Source of the DNA: Terriglobia bacterium
GTDB lineage: Bacteria; Acidobacteriota; Terriglobia; 20CM-2-55-15
DNA length: 64,000 nucleotides
Assembly (NCBI GenBank): GCA_963664115.2
Contig: CAXWPJ010000002.1
Coordinates: forward strand, 704,001 to 768,000
Direction of reading: 5' to 3'
Shown: positions 53,314 to 63,182 of the stretch, piece after piece
How positions within the stretch are numbered: position 1 is the stretch's first letter
Layout of the letters: each line of letters opens with the position of its first letter
The notes under the pieces: model-generated
What the model was told of the DNA's origin: nothing
Databases searched by the model: none
The model's input: only the letters and a program-made list of their open reading frames with translations
Made by a program: the position numbers and the translations under genes

Positions 53314-53397
53314 TTTCTCAAGGTCCGGGAAGATGATTTCTCAGGACTTGACCTCGAAAATTAAGGCACCGGCACCCGTTCCTTCAGGTCTTCAAAC
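53314..53397. repeat. Repeat R plus kinase tail (FEDLKERVPVP*)
   Basis: TTCTCAAGGTCCGGGAAGATGATTTCTCAGGACTTGACCTCGAAAATTA followed by the tail. Confidence 0.9.
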
Positions 53398-53552
53398 GAG
53401 ACGAGATCCACAGATCCTTTTACATCGTAAACAGATCAAACAGACAACGCTGGCTCGACGCAGGATCGAGAACCTTGTAACTGGATTGGTCTGACTTGAA
53501 AACCGTCTCTTAGCAAAACGGCCTTTTTGTCCGAATTATTCTGACGACGTAC

Positions 53553-53789
53553 ACTCGAAACCATGGATTGCCGCTATGCTATGTTGGGATGATTTAAAGA
53601 AGCGAGTAATCTGGCTTCACGTTCAAATCGCGCTAAACGATCAGCGTCTCTCGCAAACTCTTCAGGGAGAGTCTTGATGGCAACTTCACGACCGAGCTTC
53701 GTATCCTTCGCACGCCACACTTCTCCCATTCCACCCTTGCCCAGGAGTGTGCTGATCTCGTAGTGACCGAGTTTGGTGCCGGGTTCCAT
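53553..53789 (-). pseudogene. Ser/Thr kinase N-lobe stub
   Basis: [39 protein letters not shown]...LNHPNIA, then a 5-bp duplication (CTATG) before AIHGFE; no HRD or DFG follows. Confidence 0.92.
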
Positions 53790-53861
53790 AATCGTGGTCT
53801 TCCAGAACAGTGTTAAGAAGGCTGGGGGCAGTCTATAGAAGGAGTGGGAGAGCAGGCAATG

Positions 53862-53968
53862 AATTCTCAACGTCCGACAAGATTTATCGGGACTTGACCT
53901 CGAAAATCAGGGAACCGGGACACGTTCCTTCAGTTCTTCAAACCAGTTTTGAACGATGTTGATCTGCC
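53862..53968. repeat. Repeat R plus kinase tail (RQINIVQNWFEELKERVPVP*)
   Basis: AATTCTCAACGTCCGACAAGATTTATCGGGACTTGACCTCGAAAATCA followed by the tail. Confidence 0.92.
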
Positions 53969-54155
53969 TCAATGGCTTGGCAGTGCCGTCCGGTGGCAAC
54001 GACGCGGGAAGTACAACCACCAGTTTTTGTCTCGCCCAACGTAACACTACATCGTATCCGCGACATTCCCGCCGTGCGTGTTGCCTCTCGGTATACCGCA
54101 AACCTCGCTTGTTTGACTTATCCGCCCGAGATGTCAAGTTATTCTTGAGCGGGCC

Positions 54156-55664
54156 CTAAAGGCTTCCATCCTTCACAATCGCCTTCGTCGGCGTCGGACT
54201 CCCACGATGAGGATGATACCCGCAACTCCGGCGACTAACCCGACCGGGCAACCAGAACCTTCGGTTCTCCACAAGCGGAGGCACTTCTCCGAAGTAAACG
54301 TAGGCCCGTCCGGTGTTGCCGGGTCCCTCCAGGGCATCGCCATCGCTTTCTCTTGCACCCACGACTACGTTGGCTCGGCCGTCCGCCGAAAAGTCTCCAG
54401 CCGAACCAACCGCGTACCCGAACGAGTCGCCTGGAGCTTCGCCGAAGAAGGTCTCGTCGGCGCGTGCTGCAGCAATGAAGCCTTCGGGGCGATTAACGCC
54501 GGCCCCGCCGTAGTAAATATAGGCAGCGCCACCCGGAGGCACACTTCGAGCCCCAATTATCAAGTCATCGATGCCGTCACTGTCGACGTCGCCAGCTCCG
54601 GCGACCGAGTTGCCGAAGGCATCGTTGTCGTCCGAACCGATAAAGATCGCATCAGCGTCGACGGCAGGGTTTTCCAGCTTGGGAGGGCCATAAAAAAGAT
54701 AGACGCGCCCGGAACGGTCGCCCGCATCGCGAAAGACTGCGGGGTTGTGGGCGGCGCCGACGAGAACGTCCGCAATGCCGTTGTTGTCGACGTCGCCGGG
54801 TGATGCCACCGCATGTCCGAACATGTCTATCGGCCCCTCGCCGGTGAACACGTAGTCTGCGGCCGCGGCGGCTATGTTACCGATAAACTGAGGGCCACCT
54901 CGAAAGATCAAAGCCTGTCCCTCGGCATTCGGTCCGGCTCCCGGGCTGCCCACGAGGACGTCGTCAGAACCGTCACCGTCGACATCACCCGCGGGTGCCA
55001 CCGTTGTACCGAACAACCCCGGCCCGACCAGTTTCACATCGGCGTCCCCGGATTCCAGGTTACCCCGGAGCAGATCGTCATCCTTTCCGCCGAAGAAGAC
55101 CAGCACGCCTTCGCCGTTCGATCCGATAATGATGTCTGCAAAGTCATCGCCGTTCACTGAGCCGGCAGAAGACACAGCTCGACCGAATCCAGCGAAGTCG
55201 TTTCCCGTCACAATTACGTCCGCCGCCCCAGCCTGGATCCGCCCGGCGAGTCGCTCATTCCCGACCCCACCATAGAACAAGTAAGCTCGGTACGGAGGTG
55301 CATTGGCAAAAGTACCGATCAGAACTTCGTCGAATCCGTCGCTGTTCATGTCGCCTGCGGATGCGACGGAAAATCCGAACGCCGTAGCCTCTGGTCCGAT
55401 GAAGACGGCGTCGGCATCAGCAGCCGACAGGTGCGGCGCGCCGGGAACGATGCGCCGACCGTAGAAGAGGTAGACGCGCCCTGAGTTCGGGGCGTCGTCG
55501 TCATTTCCGTAGGCACCGATCAGCAAGTCGTCGACCCCATCACCGTCGAAATCGGCGGCGGCGACAGCATGGCCGAACAGATCACGATCGTTCTCGCCGG
55601 TGATGATGAAGTTCTGGGCGAACGCCGAGCCGCCCACCAAAGCGGCCATAAACACGAGAAACAT
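54156..55664 (-). CDS. FG-GAP/integrin-alpha repeat beta-propeller protein (cargo)
   Basis: About seven FG..V..AGD.DGDG.DD.L.GA repeats; signal peptide. Confidence 0.9.
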   Translation of the reverse strand: MFLVFMAALVGGSAFAQNFIITGENDRDLFGHAVAAADFDGDGVDDLLIGAYGNDDDAPNSGRVYLFYGRRIVPGAPHLSAADADAVFIGPEATAFGFSVASAGDMNSDGFDEVLIGTFANAPPYRAYLFYGGVGNERLAGRIQAGAADVIVTGNDFAGFGRAVSSAGSVNGDDFADIIIGSNGEGVLVFFGGKDDDLLRGNLESGDADVKLVGPGLFGTTVAPAGDVDGDGSDDVLVGSPGAGPNAEGQALIFRGGPQFIGNIAAAAADYVFTGEGPIDMFGHAVASPGDVDNNGIADVLVGAAHNPAVFRDAGDRSGRVYLFYGPPKLENPAVDADAIFIGSDDNDAFGNSVAGAGDVDSDGIDDLIIGARSVPPGGAAYIYYGGAGVNRPEGFIAAARADETFFGEAPGDSFGYAVGSAGDFSADGRANVVVGARESDGDALEGPGNTGRAYVYFGEVPPLVENRRFWLPGRVSRRSCGYHPHRGSPTPTKAIVKDGSL

Positions 55665-56229
55665 GGGGCCTCCTCTGAGTAAAGCTCCGGTAAACCGGAC
55701 CACTGTTATCCGTCCCGATTGCCAGGGCTCCAGACCATCCGTTCTGAACTTCTTTATTTGATTGGTGCCGTAACCAGCGGTGCGTGAAATTAAGCCAAAT
55801 CTCCAGGAAATGCAAGGATTGAACAGTACCCTGAAAACCTCTCTACTGTCTGAATCGCAGAGACACGGACAGGCGCAATTGACGCCACCCCTCCGTTACT
55901 TCTCCACCTACGTCTTCTCCGTAACCTCCCGAAAGCACTTCGGGCACTTCGTGGGTTCTGGACAGAACTTTACGGTTTCGACACTTTGTCAAGAAAGGCA
56001 TCGGGGGTGCTCCAATCACACAGTTGATTCCGTTAACTTTCTCTTTTGGCCGTGGATTTGCAACGAGCCTTTGTGGGTCTTCGAGCGCAGAGCGATCTGA
56101 GAAGCGCAACCCGAACCTATGACGGATACCGAGGGGTTGTCATGAGTCTTCTGCGAGTAGCAAAGGCGCCGGCCGGCACGACACACCGCCAAGGTAGGCT
56201 GCAAACATTTGTGCGCTTATCAAGAGAAC

Positions 56230-57675
56230 CTACGGTGGAGAACGGCGATGCTGGACGTCTCCTCCGTTCGCAAGTTTCGATTTGGCCAAAACGATCAACT
56301 CTTTGAGCCCTTTTCCAAAGATTTGCTTCGCGAACATTCGTAAGCGGAACCGCGTGGATTCTGAGAGAGCGGGAAGCAGGTCTGCGATCCGCACCTCAAA
56401 AACGTCACCCGTCTGGCAGCATCGAATGGCGGTTGCATCGTTCCCATCGCAATCTATCGGCAGCTCCAGTGCAAAGACTAGCTCCAGTTCGGCCTTGGCC
56501 GGTTCCGAGAACTGATATTTTACGCGGACGATGTGTGTTTCCTCTGGGCCGGTTGAGCGCATATTAGATTCTCCAGGCTCATAAGGCATGGAACCGGCGG
56601 AGGCGCGGACGCTGAATTGCGGCCCCTTCTTGTACTCCTGCACGAGCCTGTCCATTTCATGATGAAGTGCCATCAGCAGTCGAAGACCCGCTTCATTGAC
56701 CCGGTCAGGTGTGTGGCGGCCATGGCGCACATCGGTCAGGTAGAGACCCTTGAGATCGTTCAACAGATCCCCGACCTCGGGGGCCAAGGCTTCAGCGAAA
56801 CTGTCTCCAACCAGCTCGACAGCATCGATGGCCCGCTCAAAGACGAAATCGACGAAAGGCTGGTGCGGGCCGCTATTGGCGACGTGCAGACAGGCTAAAT
56901 ATTCCTTTCGCCTGTCCATCAGAATCATCAGGGGGATCAAGGCAGCTCGATAGGTGTAAAAAGATGCAAGAGCGCGGGCAACCCGGCCGTTGCCTCCTGC
57001 GAACGGATGAATCCACATCAGGCTGTGATGAGCATAGGCGGCCTGTAGAATCGGGTGTGCTGCGAGAAAACGCTTACTGTGGAGCTCGTCACAAAGCCTG
57101 TGCATTTCAGCGGACGCCTCATCAACCGGAACGTATACGCGGACACCGTTTGTTGTGACGTGATTCGGATGGTGCTTGTACTCACCTAAAGGAAATCGTT
57201 GATCCTGCCAGCCCAAATCTGTGAGTACCCGGCAAGTCTCCTGGCCGGCACAAAGCTCCTGGTGTAATTTGCGCACCAGGGTTTCTGCTAAAGGGACCGC
57301 TTCAGTCACCAGTTCGAGCAGGTAGTCGTAGCCTCGGAGCTGCGAGTCGATCAGGGCTCGCGTCTTCTCGGATTTCTCGTTCAATCTTGCTTCCCAACCG
57401 GCCGCATGCATGGCAACAGTAATGGTGAAGTCGCGATCAACCTCGTAGAGTCCCTCGACGGCTCCAGTATCAATAGCCGTTGCCCGTTTGACGATGTCCC
57501 GCGACCGCCCGAGCAGCTCCGGAGACTGGTTCTCCAATTCCCTCAGTTTCGCCGTATATCGATCCCAGCGGGTCAGATCAACGAAACACCCCACCCACTT
57601 GTCAAACGTGGATACCGGCTCGTACAAGGCGTCGAGTTTGTGAAGATCTTCCATCGTGCCCTTATCCCTTCCCAA
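56230..57675 (-). CDS. Fic family protein (cargo)
   Basis: HPFAGGNGRVAR motif and an N-terminal TGAVEG inhibitory-type motif. Confidence 0.88.
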   Translation of the reverse strand: MGRDKGTMEDLHKLDALYEPVSTFDKWVGCFVDLTRWDRYTAKLRELENQSPELLGRSRDIVKRATAIDTGAVEGLYEVDRDFTITVAMHAAGWEARLNEKSEKTRALIDSQLRGYDYLLELVTEAVPLAETLVRKLHQELCAGQETCRVLTDLGWQDQRFPLGEYKHHPNHVTTNGVRVYVPVDEASAEMHRLCDELHSKRFLAAHPILQAAYAHHSLMWIHPFAGGNGRVARALASFYTYRAALIPLMILMDRRKEYLACLHVANSGPHQPFVDFVFERAIDAVELVGDSFAEALAPEVGDLLNDLKGLYLTDVRHGRHTPDRVNEAGLRLLMALHHEMDRLVQEYKKGPQFSVRASAGSMPYEPGESNMRSTGPEETHIVRVKYQFSEPAKAELELVFALELPIDCDGNDATAIRCCQTGDVFEVRIADLLPALSESTRFRLRMFAKQIFGKGLKELIVLAKSKLANGGDVQHRRSPP

Positions 57676-57993
57676 CTCTACGACAGGTATCCACCTCTAG
57701 AGAAGAAGCAAAGACTCGGCGCGTCGGCACAACACCTTGGGAGACCCGCATCGCTAATTCCGAGTATTCGACATATTACTGGGATTTTTCGCCGCGACCT
57801 GTAGAGACCTGCCATTCACAGCTTTCCACTTCTGGAAACGGGCGAACGAAGATCTCGTTCTGACCTGACTCATTCGACTGGTAAGCCGACCACGTGGAGG
57901 ATTTCATGGATGGACTCGTCTAGCGTAACTGCTTGGGTCTTTCGTTGGCGCGGTAGCCGGAGTAGGCATCGACGTAGATGGGGAGAGACATTG

Positions 57994-58942
57994 CTAGTAA
58001 TTAGCTGGCATGTCGCATTGCCCAAAGGCTGTCCAGAAAACCTGTGAATCCTCATCCCCTTCCTCAGGAAACTGCTCAACGAGAGTGCGCAAGTCGAGCA
58101 AGGTTTCAGGGGGTCTAGGTGTTAGCCACATCCCGAGTGTCTTATAGTTCCCGCTCGAAGCACGTGGAACATCTATAGCAGCCATGTTGATCTTCGTGTG
58201 ATGCTTCCGGTTGAAATACCCACAAATCTTGCCGTGTAATTGGACTGCGTAGTTGAAGTCACGGTGTTCTGAACTCGCAAGGTCCACCTTACTGCCGTGA
58301 AGCAACAGATTCCTAACACCCTCTCCGTATTTTAGAAGCCTGTCGAACAATTCGTCGTCTTGGACTATTTCCTGACGGATGTAATCCTTGTCCGTACTTC
58401 GCCCACGGCGAGTTGGTGATTGACCAGCTATGGCCTCCAGCGCGCTAATCAGCATCACCAACCGGGTATAGTACGTGGCTGCGTTGGTCTCTTCGCGCAG
58501 GTACCGAAACACATCCCCCTTCTCGTCATAAGTTTCCAAAGCCTCAAGCGATTCACGTTCTTCTTCACGGAAGCCCAAGGATACTGGCCTTCGCTCTGCA
58601 TAAAAGCGGAAGAAGAACGCACCTTCTGGATTCCCATTCTCTCTCTGAATGAACAAAGATTCGTAGTCAGCGCTCGTGTGACACTGCGAAACGAATGCGA
58701 TTTTGTCAACAATCGGGAGTAGTTCGGCACGAAACGCATTGATCGCTTCCTGCGCAGCTAAGGCTTGGACCGTCTTGCGGGCTATCCAACTAGCAGCGGT
58801 GCCGTGGTTGTATTTGAAAGGCTCCCACCGGGCGGTCTCCTGGATTGATCTGCCATGGCCTGAACACAAAGCCGTGGAAGGTGAACTGTTCCCAAAGATT
58901 TGAGATTGTGCTGATTCGGTGTTCGATAACGTAATCGTTCAT
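57994..58942 (-). pseudogene. HEPN-like (RX4H) protein interrupted by a 31-nt IS256 fragment
   Basis: SALEA..G and VRNLLLHG motifs; removing 58792-58822 gives a continuous 305-aa ORF from ATG 58942. Confidence 0.65.
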
Positions 58943-59224
58943 GTTTGGGATCCCCACGGAAAGTCATTGCTACTCTGGTTGGTGTGCCTACTGGCCTAAC
59001 CTGAACGTTTGCAATCGTGGGAAAGTCCGTCTCAAAGTTGCATGCCCCAACTGCCCCAGTTGCCCTAACAATCTCTATCCCGGTGAAGTTCTGTAAGCAA
59101 ATACGGAATGGAGTGGAAATGCTGGAACATCTAGGACACTTAGGGCACTCCGCTTGCGGTCCGTCATCGATGAGTCGTTTCGGTGCTAATTCGGGATCGA
59201 AATAGACCTTAGCGAAACGCCTTA

Positions 59225-59442
59225 CTGCAGACGGGATTGGGTCCGGTAACAGTCCAAATCCCGAAGGTCCGTGCCAAGACGGGCCTGTGACGTTCCGATC
59301 GGCCCTGGTACCACCGTACATTCGGAAGACGTCGCTGGAAGCAGCGGTGCCGTGGTTGTATTTGAAAGGCGTTTCCAGCGGCGAGATGGGTGAGGCCCTA
59401 AAAGTTCTTGTCGGTCCCCAGGCGCAGGGTCTGTCGGCGAGC
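59225..59442 (+). mobile_element. Internal IS256 transposase fragment
   Basis: Matches about 44158-44382 except for 4-nt and 3-nt deletions; no IS ends. Confidence 0.9.
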
Positions 59443-59643
59443 CGGTATCTCTGGATAAATATCAAAGAACGCTTCAATGCTCTGAGCGAGTTGCTTCTGG
59501 ATGCTGCTTTGGTCTCCGTGAAGCAAGTGCATGCTGACACGTGCCGTCTTCCCATCTTTCAATTTAACAATCGCATCCTCGACACCCTCCAGCTCTTCGG
59601 CTGGCAAAAGCCGCAACCCGTAAATCAACGCTAAATCGGCCAT
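59443..59643 (-). CDS. Small hypothetical protein (67 aa); stop displaced by the IS256 fragment
   Basis: RBS GGAGG upstream; MADLALIYG...IYPEIP; removing the fragment places TAA immediately after. Confidence 0.6.
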
Positions 59644-59935
59644 ATCTTTTCCTCCATCTCTGCAACCGGTGCCGCGACGCAGCCTCCTCCAGTCTAATCG
59701 TGCTTGAACGTTTCAATGTATGTGATCGATGCGTTTTCGGAAATCACCGAGACAGGCGAGTTCGTAAATAGAATAAACGACTTACTACCGAGGCACCTCA
59801 CCGCGCCACACCCGAGACACCCGAACCAGTCATTTCGCCCGACTCGATAGCGACTCGCCCTACCGTCTCGGCTCGAAGTTGTTGGTTTTAGGGGATGACT
59901 CGACGGACTCGGTTGGTTCTGGCCCGGCGATGTGA

Positions 59936-59974
59936 AATCTCAATGTCCGAGAAGATGATTTCTCAGGACTTGAC
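59936..59974. repeat. Repeat R
   Basis: TCTCAATGTCCGAGAAGATGATTTCTCAGGACTTGAC. Confidence 0.9.
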
Positions 59975-60031
59975 AGTCACTTTTCCCAGTAGCCGACTCG
60001 TTGGCGTCAGAACTAACGGCCTTCGAGCACC

Positions 60032-60373
60032 TCAGTTGGCGCTCGTGCGACTCAACCGAAGCTCTACCGGTAGACCGTCTCCCCATCCGTACTTTTCCCT
60101 GGCCAATTGGCGGACTTCCGCGCACAACTCGCCTTCCTGGTTGGGATCAAGCACACGGCCCGTTGCTTCCCTCCGTAGCGCACCCAGCCTGATCGTCACT
60201 GTGGAATTTTCCAGAATGTTCTTGACCCAGTTGGCCTTGTAACCATGTTCGGCCAGAACGTACAGTCGCCCGGCACGTTCGACAAACCAGATTTCGATTT
60301 CGCGTGCTTGTGCAGTTTTGCGACCAACGGTAGTCAGGTACAAAAACTCTTCGTTGAAAGAACCGCCAGGCAT
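60032..60373 (-). CDS. Deazaflavin (F420)-dependent nitroreductase-like split-barrel protein (cargo)
   Basis: LTTVGRKT...R, NWVKNI..N..V and KYG motifs. Confidence 0.8.
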   Translation of the reverse strand: MPGGSFNEEFLYLTTVGRKTAQAREIEIWFVERAGRLYVLAEHGYKANWVKNILENSTVTIRLGALRREATGRVLDPNQEGELCAEVRQLAREKYGWGDGLPVELRLSRTSAN

Positions 60374-60510
60374 CCCGAACGCAATTGTACAAGGTCTTGA
60401 GGTCGCTCTGAATGGAACGAGCTGGGTCTTGCACCCGCTAGTGCGTCGGCACTTCAGATCAGTGCCGGCGACTTGTCGTTACTTCGAGATCGTGGCGGGG
60501 CAAATCGACC

Positions 60511-60691
60511 TCACCGCACCGGCATCTGTTCCTTCAGTTCTTCAAACCAGACTTCATGAGTGCGGCTCACCCCGAATGATGAAAATAAGCATTTTCGCGC
60601 TCTCGATACTGCGGAAGAGGGCCCGAAACGCCTGGACTGATCCTAAAGGACTTACGCCATATTTTCGTAACAGTTGAGGACGATGTTGATC
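60511..60691 (-). pseudogene. Kinase tail split by an inserted ~120-bp segment
   Basis: INIVLN at 60672-60691 and WFEELKEQMPVR* at 60511-60549; the insert is near-identical to 40720-40845. Confidence 0.8.
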
Positions 60692-60775
60692 CGGGACCGC
60701 CTCGCCCCACCGATGTCAGCTCTTTCAGCTGGAACAATCGTGATGAATTCTTCGCCGGCTGGGTGATGCCCACTT

Positions 60776-62338
60776 CTAACGAGCCGGATCACGGACTACG
60801 TTGCGCAGGTCCTCGTACGTTCCGACATCGCCATGAATGCCAACGATTGTTTGCACGTTCAAATTCAATGCCTCGATGCCTTCGAGGAGCTCGCGCGGCA
60901 ACTCGCCCGGCCGTATGCTCCCCCCCTCGCGAGGGCTGACATGGTCCGCCTCGATCAGAATGCGTTCTCCTGGAAGATAAATGATCTGGTAATCGTCCGC
61001 GTGCGATGTCGCATATGGGTAAATTTCAATTTGTCGGCTCCCGTCGGTCAGGATCTTCGGTTCCGTGATCCCTTCGACGACGGCTGCATCCCGGCTCTGT
61101 TCCAAACGCTCCGCCCGGATGGTGTGCGGTGCTCTGGCGATGCGCTCATAGTGTGCTGCACTGATCGCCGGCGCGACAATCGTTGCCCCCGCTTCCGTGT
61201 ATGTCCGTATGCCGCCTGAGTGATCGTTGTGGAAATGGGTTGGAATAACGTAGCGGATCGGCTTCGTTGGAAAGCGCTGTCTGATCGCCGCGAGAACGCT
61301 TTCTGAACGCTCTTCATAGAGCGGCGCCTCAACGACCACAAGATGGTCCTGAAACTCGATGAGCACGCTGTTGTGCGACGTTCCCCGGATATGAATGACG
61401 CCGTCGGCGAGCGGCACGAACTCCACCGGTATGTCCCTGCCAAAATCCAGGTAGCTGACATTCATCGCCAGACGGCGCAAGAGCCATTGCGAGGGGATCG
61501 GCTCTCCTTCGATGTCTTGACGCCGTAGGGCCTCAGGCACCAGGAACGTTTCGGGCGAGAGCTCAACATTGTGGCGCACGGACTGGAGGCGTTCGCTCTG
61601 CAGCAGTTGCCCGTTGATTTCATGTCGCAGGTCGAAAGGCACCATGATGCCATCCACAGACTGCCAGTCCGCGTAACGCAGGGTGTACCGGCTATCCCCG
61701 TAGATGGGGTCGTGTTCGAGGATGTCGACTTGTGTAAGGAGCTTAGTCCGGACATCCAGGTAGATTTGAAATTCCTCACCGTCGTTGTCAAAGCTCAGGA
61801 CGCGCTGTGGCAGCCCCTCCACTTCGGTATCGGGGAGCCGCGTCAGGCTCGCCCGTCCCAACGCCGTGAGCACGAGGGCATTGGCTGAACGCTGTTCTTC
61901 CCGTATGCGGCTCGCCAGTCGACCCGGATGTAAACGCGTCGTTTGAGAAGTTCCGCCTTCGATGCTTTCTTGCAGCAGCCCGTCGTCTCCATCAATAATT
62001 TCAATATAGCGAACAGGCACCTCCCTTGGATAAATCGTCCTGCCGTTCCACTCCAAGCGGAGTCGTGGGCTTGCAATCTCCCGAGTCAGCGTGTAGCGAA
62101 AATCTGCCACACGTCGAGCCTGGCCACCCGGACGCAATGCCTGCTCGGGCTCAAATTGCTGTCCCGAGCCTTCCAGCACTTGGTTTATCAGGGCGTGCAG
62201 TGCCTCTACTCCACCCATCGCATGTGCGGTCTCTTCCAATATCGCGGTGGCTTCCCCGTTTTGTGCCAGTGCCGGAATATTTGCTACTGAAAGAACCAAA
62301 AGTAGCAGGCTGAATCGAATCAATTTGCGCGTCCACAT
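60776..62338 (-). CDS. Secreted MBL-fold metallo-hydrolase (cargo), in frame with an upstream kinase stub
   Basis: SHNS, THFHNDHSGG, HADD and GIHG motifs; signal peptide from ATG 62338; same family as 47686-49248. Confidence 0.88.
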   Translation of the reverse strand: MWTRKLIRFSLLLLVLSVANIPALAQNGEATAILEETAHAMGGVEALHALINQVLEGSGQQFEPEQALRPGGQARRVADFRYTLTREIASPRLRLEWNGRTIYPREVPVRYIEIIDGDDGLLQESIEGGTSQTTRLHPGRLASRIREEQRSANALVLTALGRASLTRLPDTEVEGLPQRVLSFDNDGEEFQIYLDVRTKLLTQVDILEHDPIYGDSRYTLRYADWQSVDGIMVPFDLRHEINGQLLQSERLQSVRHNVELSPETFLVPEALRRQDIEGEPIPSQWLLRRLAMNVSYLDFGRDIPVEFVPLADGVIHIRGTSHNSVLIEFQDHLVVVEAPLYEERSESVLAAIRQRFPTKPIRYVIPTHFHNDHSGGIRTYTEAGATIVAPAISAAHYERIARAPHTIRAERLEQSRDAAVVEGITEPKILTDGSRQIEIYPYATSHADDYQIIYLPGERILIEADHVSPREGGSIRPGELPRELLEGIEALNLNVQTIVGIHGDVGTYEDLRNVVRDPAR

Positions 62339-62389
62339 AGCGTGTGCTCCCGGCCGCTGTTCGACCTGTGGAAGGCCAAGGAGAAACCG

Positions 62390-62452
62390 ACCTCCGCCTC
62401 TGCCCATGGCGGAAAGGATCTCGTAGTGGCCGAGTTTGGTGCCAGATTCCAT
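62390..62452 (-). pseudogene. Kinase N-terminal stub
   Basis: [21 protein letters not shown]. Confidence 0.85.
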
Positions 62453-62550
62453 GTTTAAAGTGTGCCGAAACGAAACGTGAAAAAGTTGGATAAATCTAAC
62501 TACAGGTGGGGGTTATAAGCAAGGAAGTTGTGAGCCCGCGTATCACGGTT

Positions 62551-62593
62551 AATTCTCAACGTCCGCGAAGATGATTTGTCAGGACTTGAACTC
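62551..62593. repeat. Repeat R
   Basis: AATTCTCAACGTCCGCGAAGATGATTTGTCAGGACTTGAACTC. Confidence 0.9.
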
Positions 62594-62891
62594 AAGAATT
62601 GCGGCAATAATGGGCCGAGGCCGACTGAAAACGCTTAGGACACTCCCTGAGCACCCCCCTAGAATCGCTTGACTCGAATCGTGTCCACGAATGATCGTGG
62701 ATGCCGTCCCACCATTCGTATTGAGCAAGGATGGCCCTAGCCGCAAGACGCGGCAGCGAATGGACAAGTTGACCACCCATGGAATGGATTGATACGTTTG
62801 CTGCGGAGGTTCTCGACAGCGACGACTCCTTATTGATTGACTTCGTGCCCGTGAAGCCTAGCTGACTAACAATTTAAAACGGAGAGAGCCC

Positions 62892-63182
62892 GTGGCGACT
62901 TATGTGAGCTTGTTCAACTTTACTGACGAGGGACTCCGCACAATCCAAGAAACAACACAACGCTTTCAAGGATCAGAGGAAATCTGCAAGAAACTTGGCG
63001 TGAAGATCAAGGATCTTTACTACACGAATGGACAATACGATGGAATCGCAATCATGGAGGGGGATGAGGAAAGTGTGAGCGCGGCGGCTCTGGCTATTGG
63101 CGCGCTCGGCAATACACGAACCGTTACCACTCGTGCCTTTACTGTCGACGAAATGAAAAAGATCACGTCGAAAATGCCATAA
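62892..63182 (+). CDS. GYD domain protein (cargo)
   Basis: Y..L..FT..G, YYT.GQYD and G..RT.T.RAF motifs; RBS GGAG. Confidence 0.88.
   Translation: MATYVSLFNFTDEGLRTIQETTQRFQGSEEICKKLGVKIKDLYYTNGQYDGIAIMEGDEESVSAAALAIGALGNTRTVTTRAFTVDEMKKITSKMP

Noticed and set aside
58782-59555. 257-aa minus-strand ORF
   Set aside because: A chimeric read-through across antisense IS256 fragments and neighbouring genes.
40632-62593. R repeats as a CRISPR array
   Set aside because: Spacing is irregular (0.05-6 kb), the repeats are degenerate and no cas genes are present.
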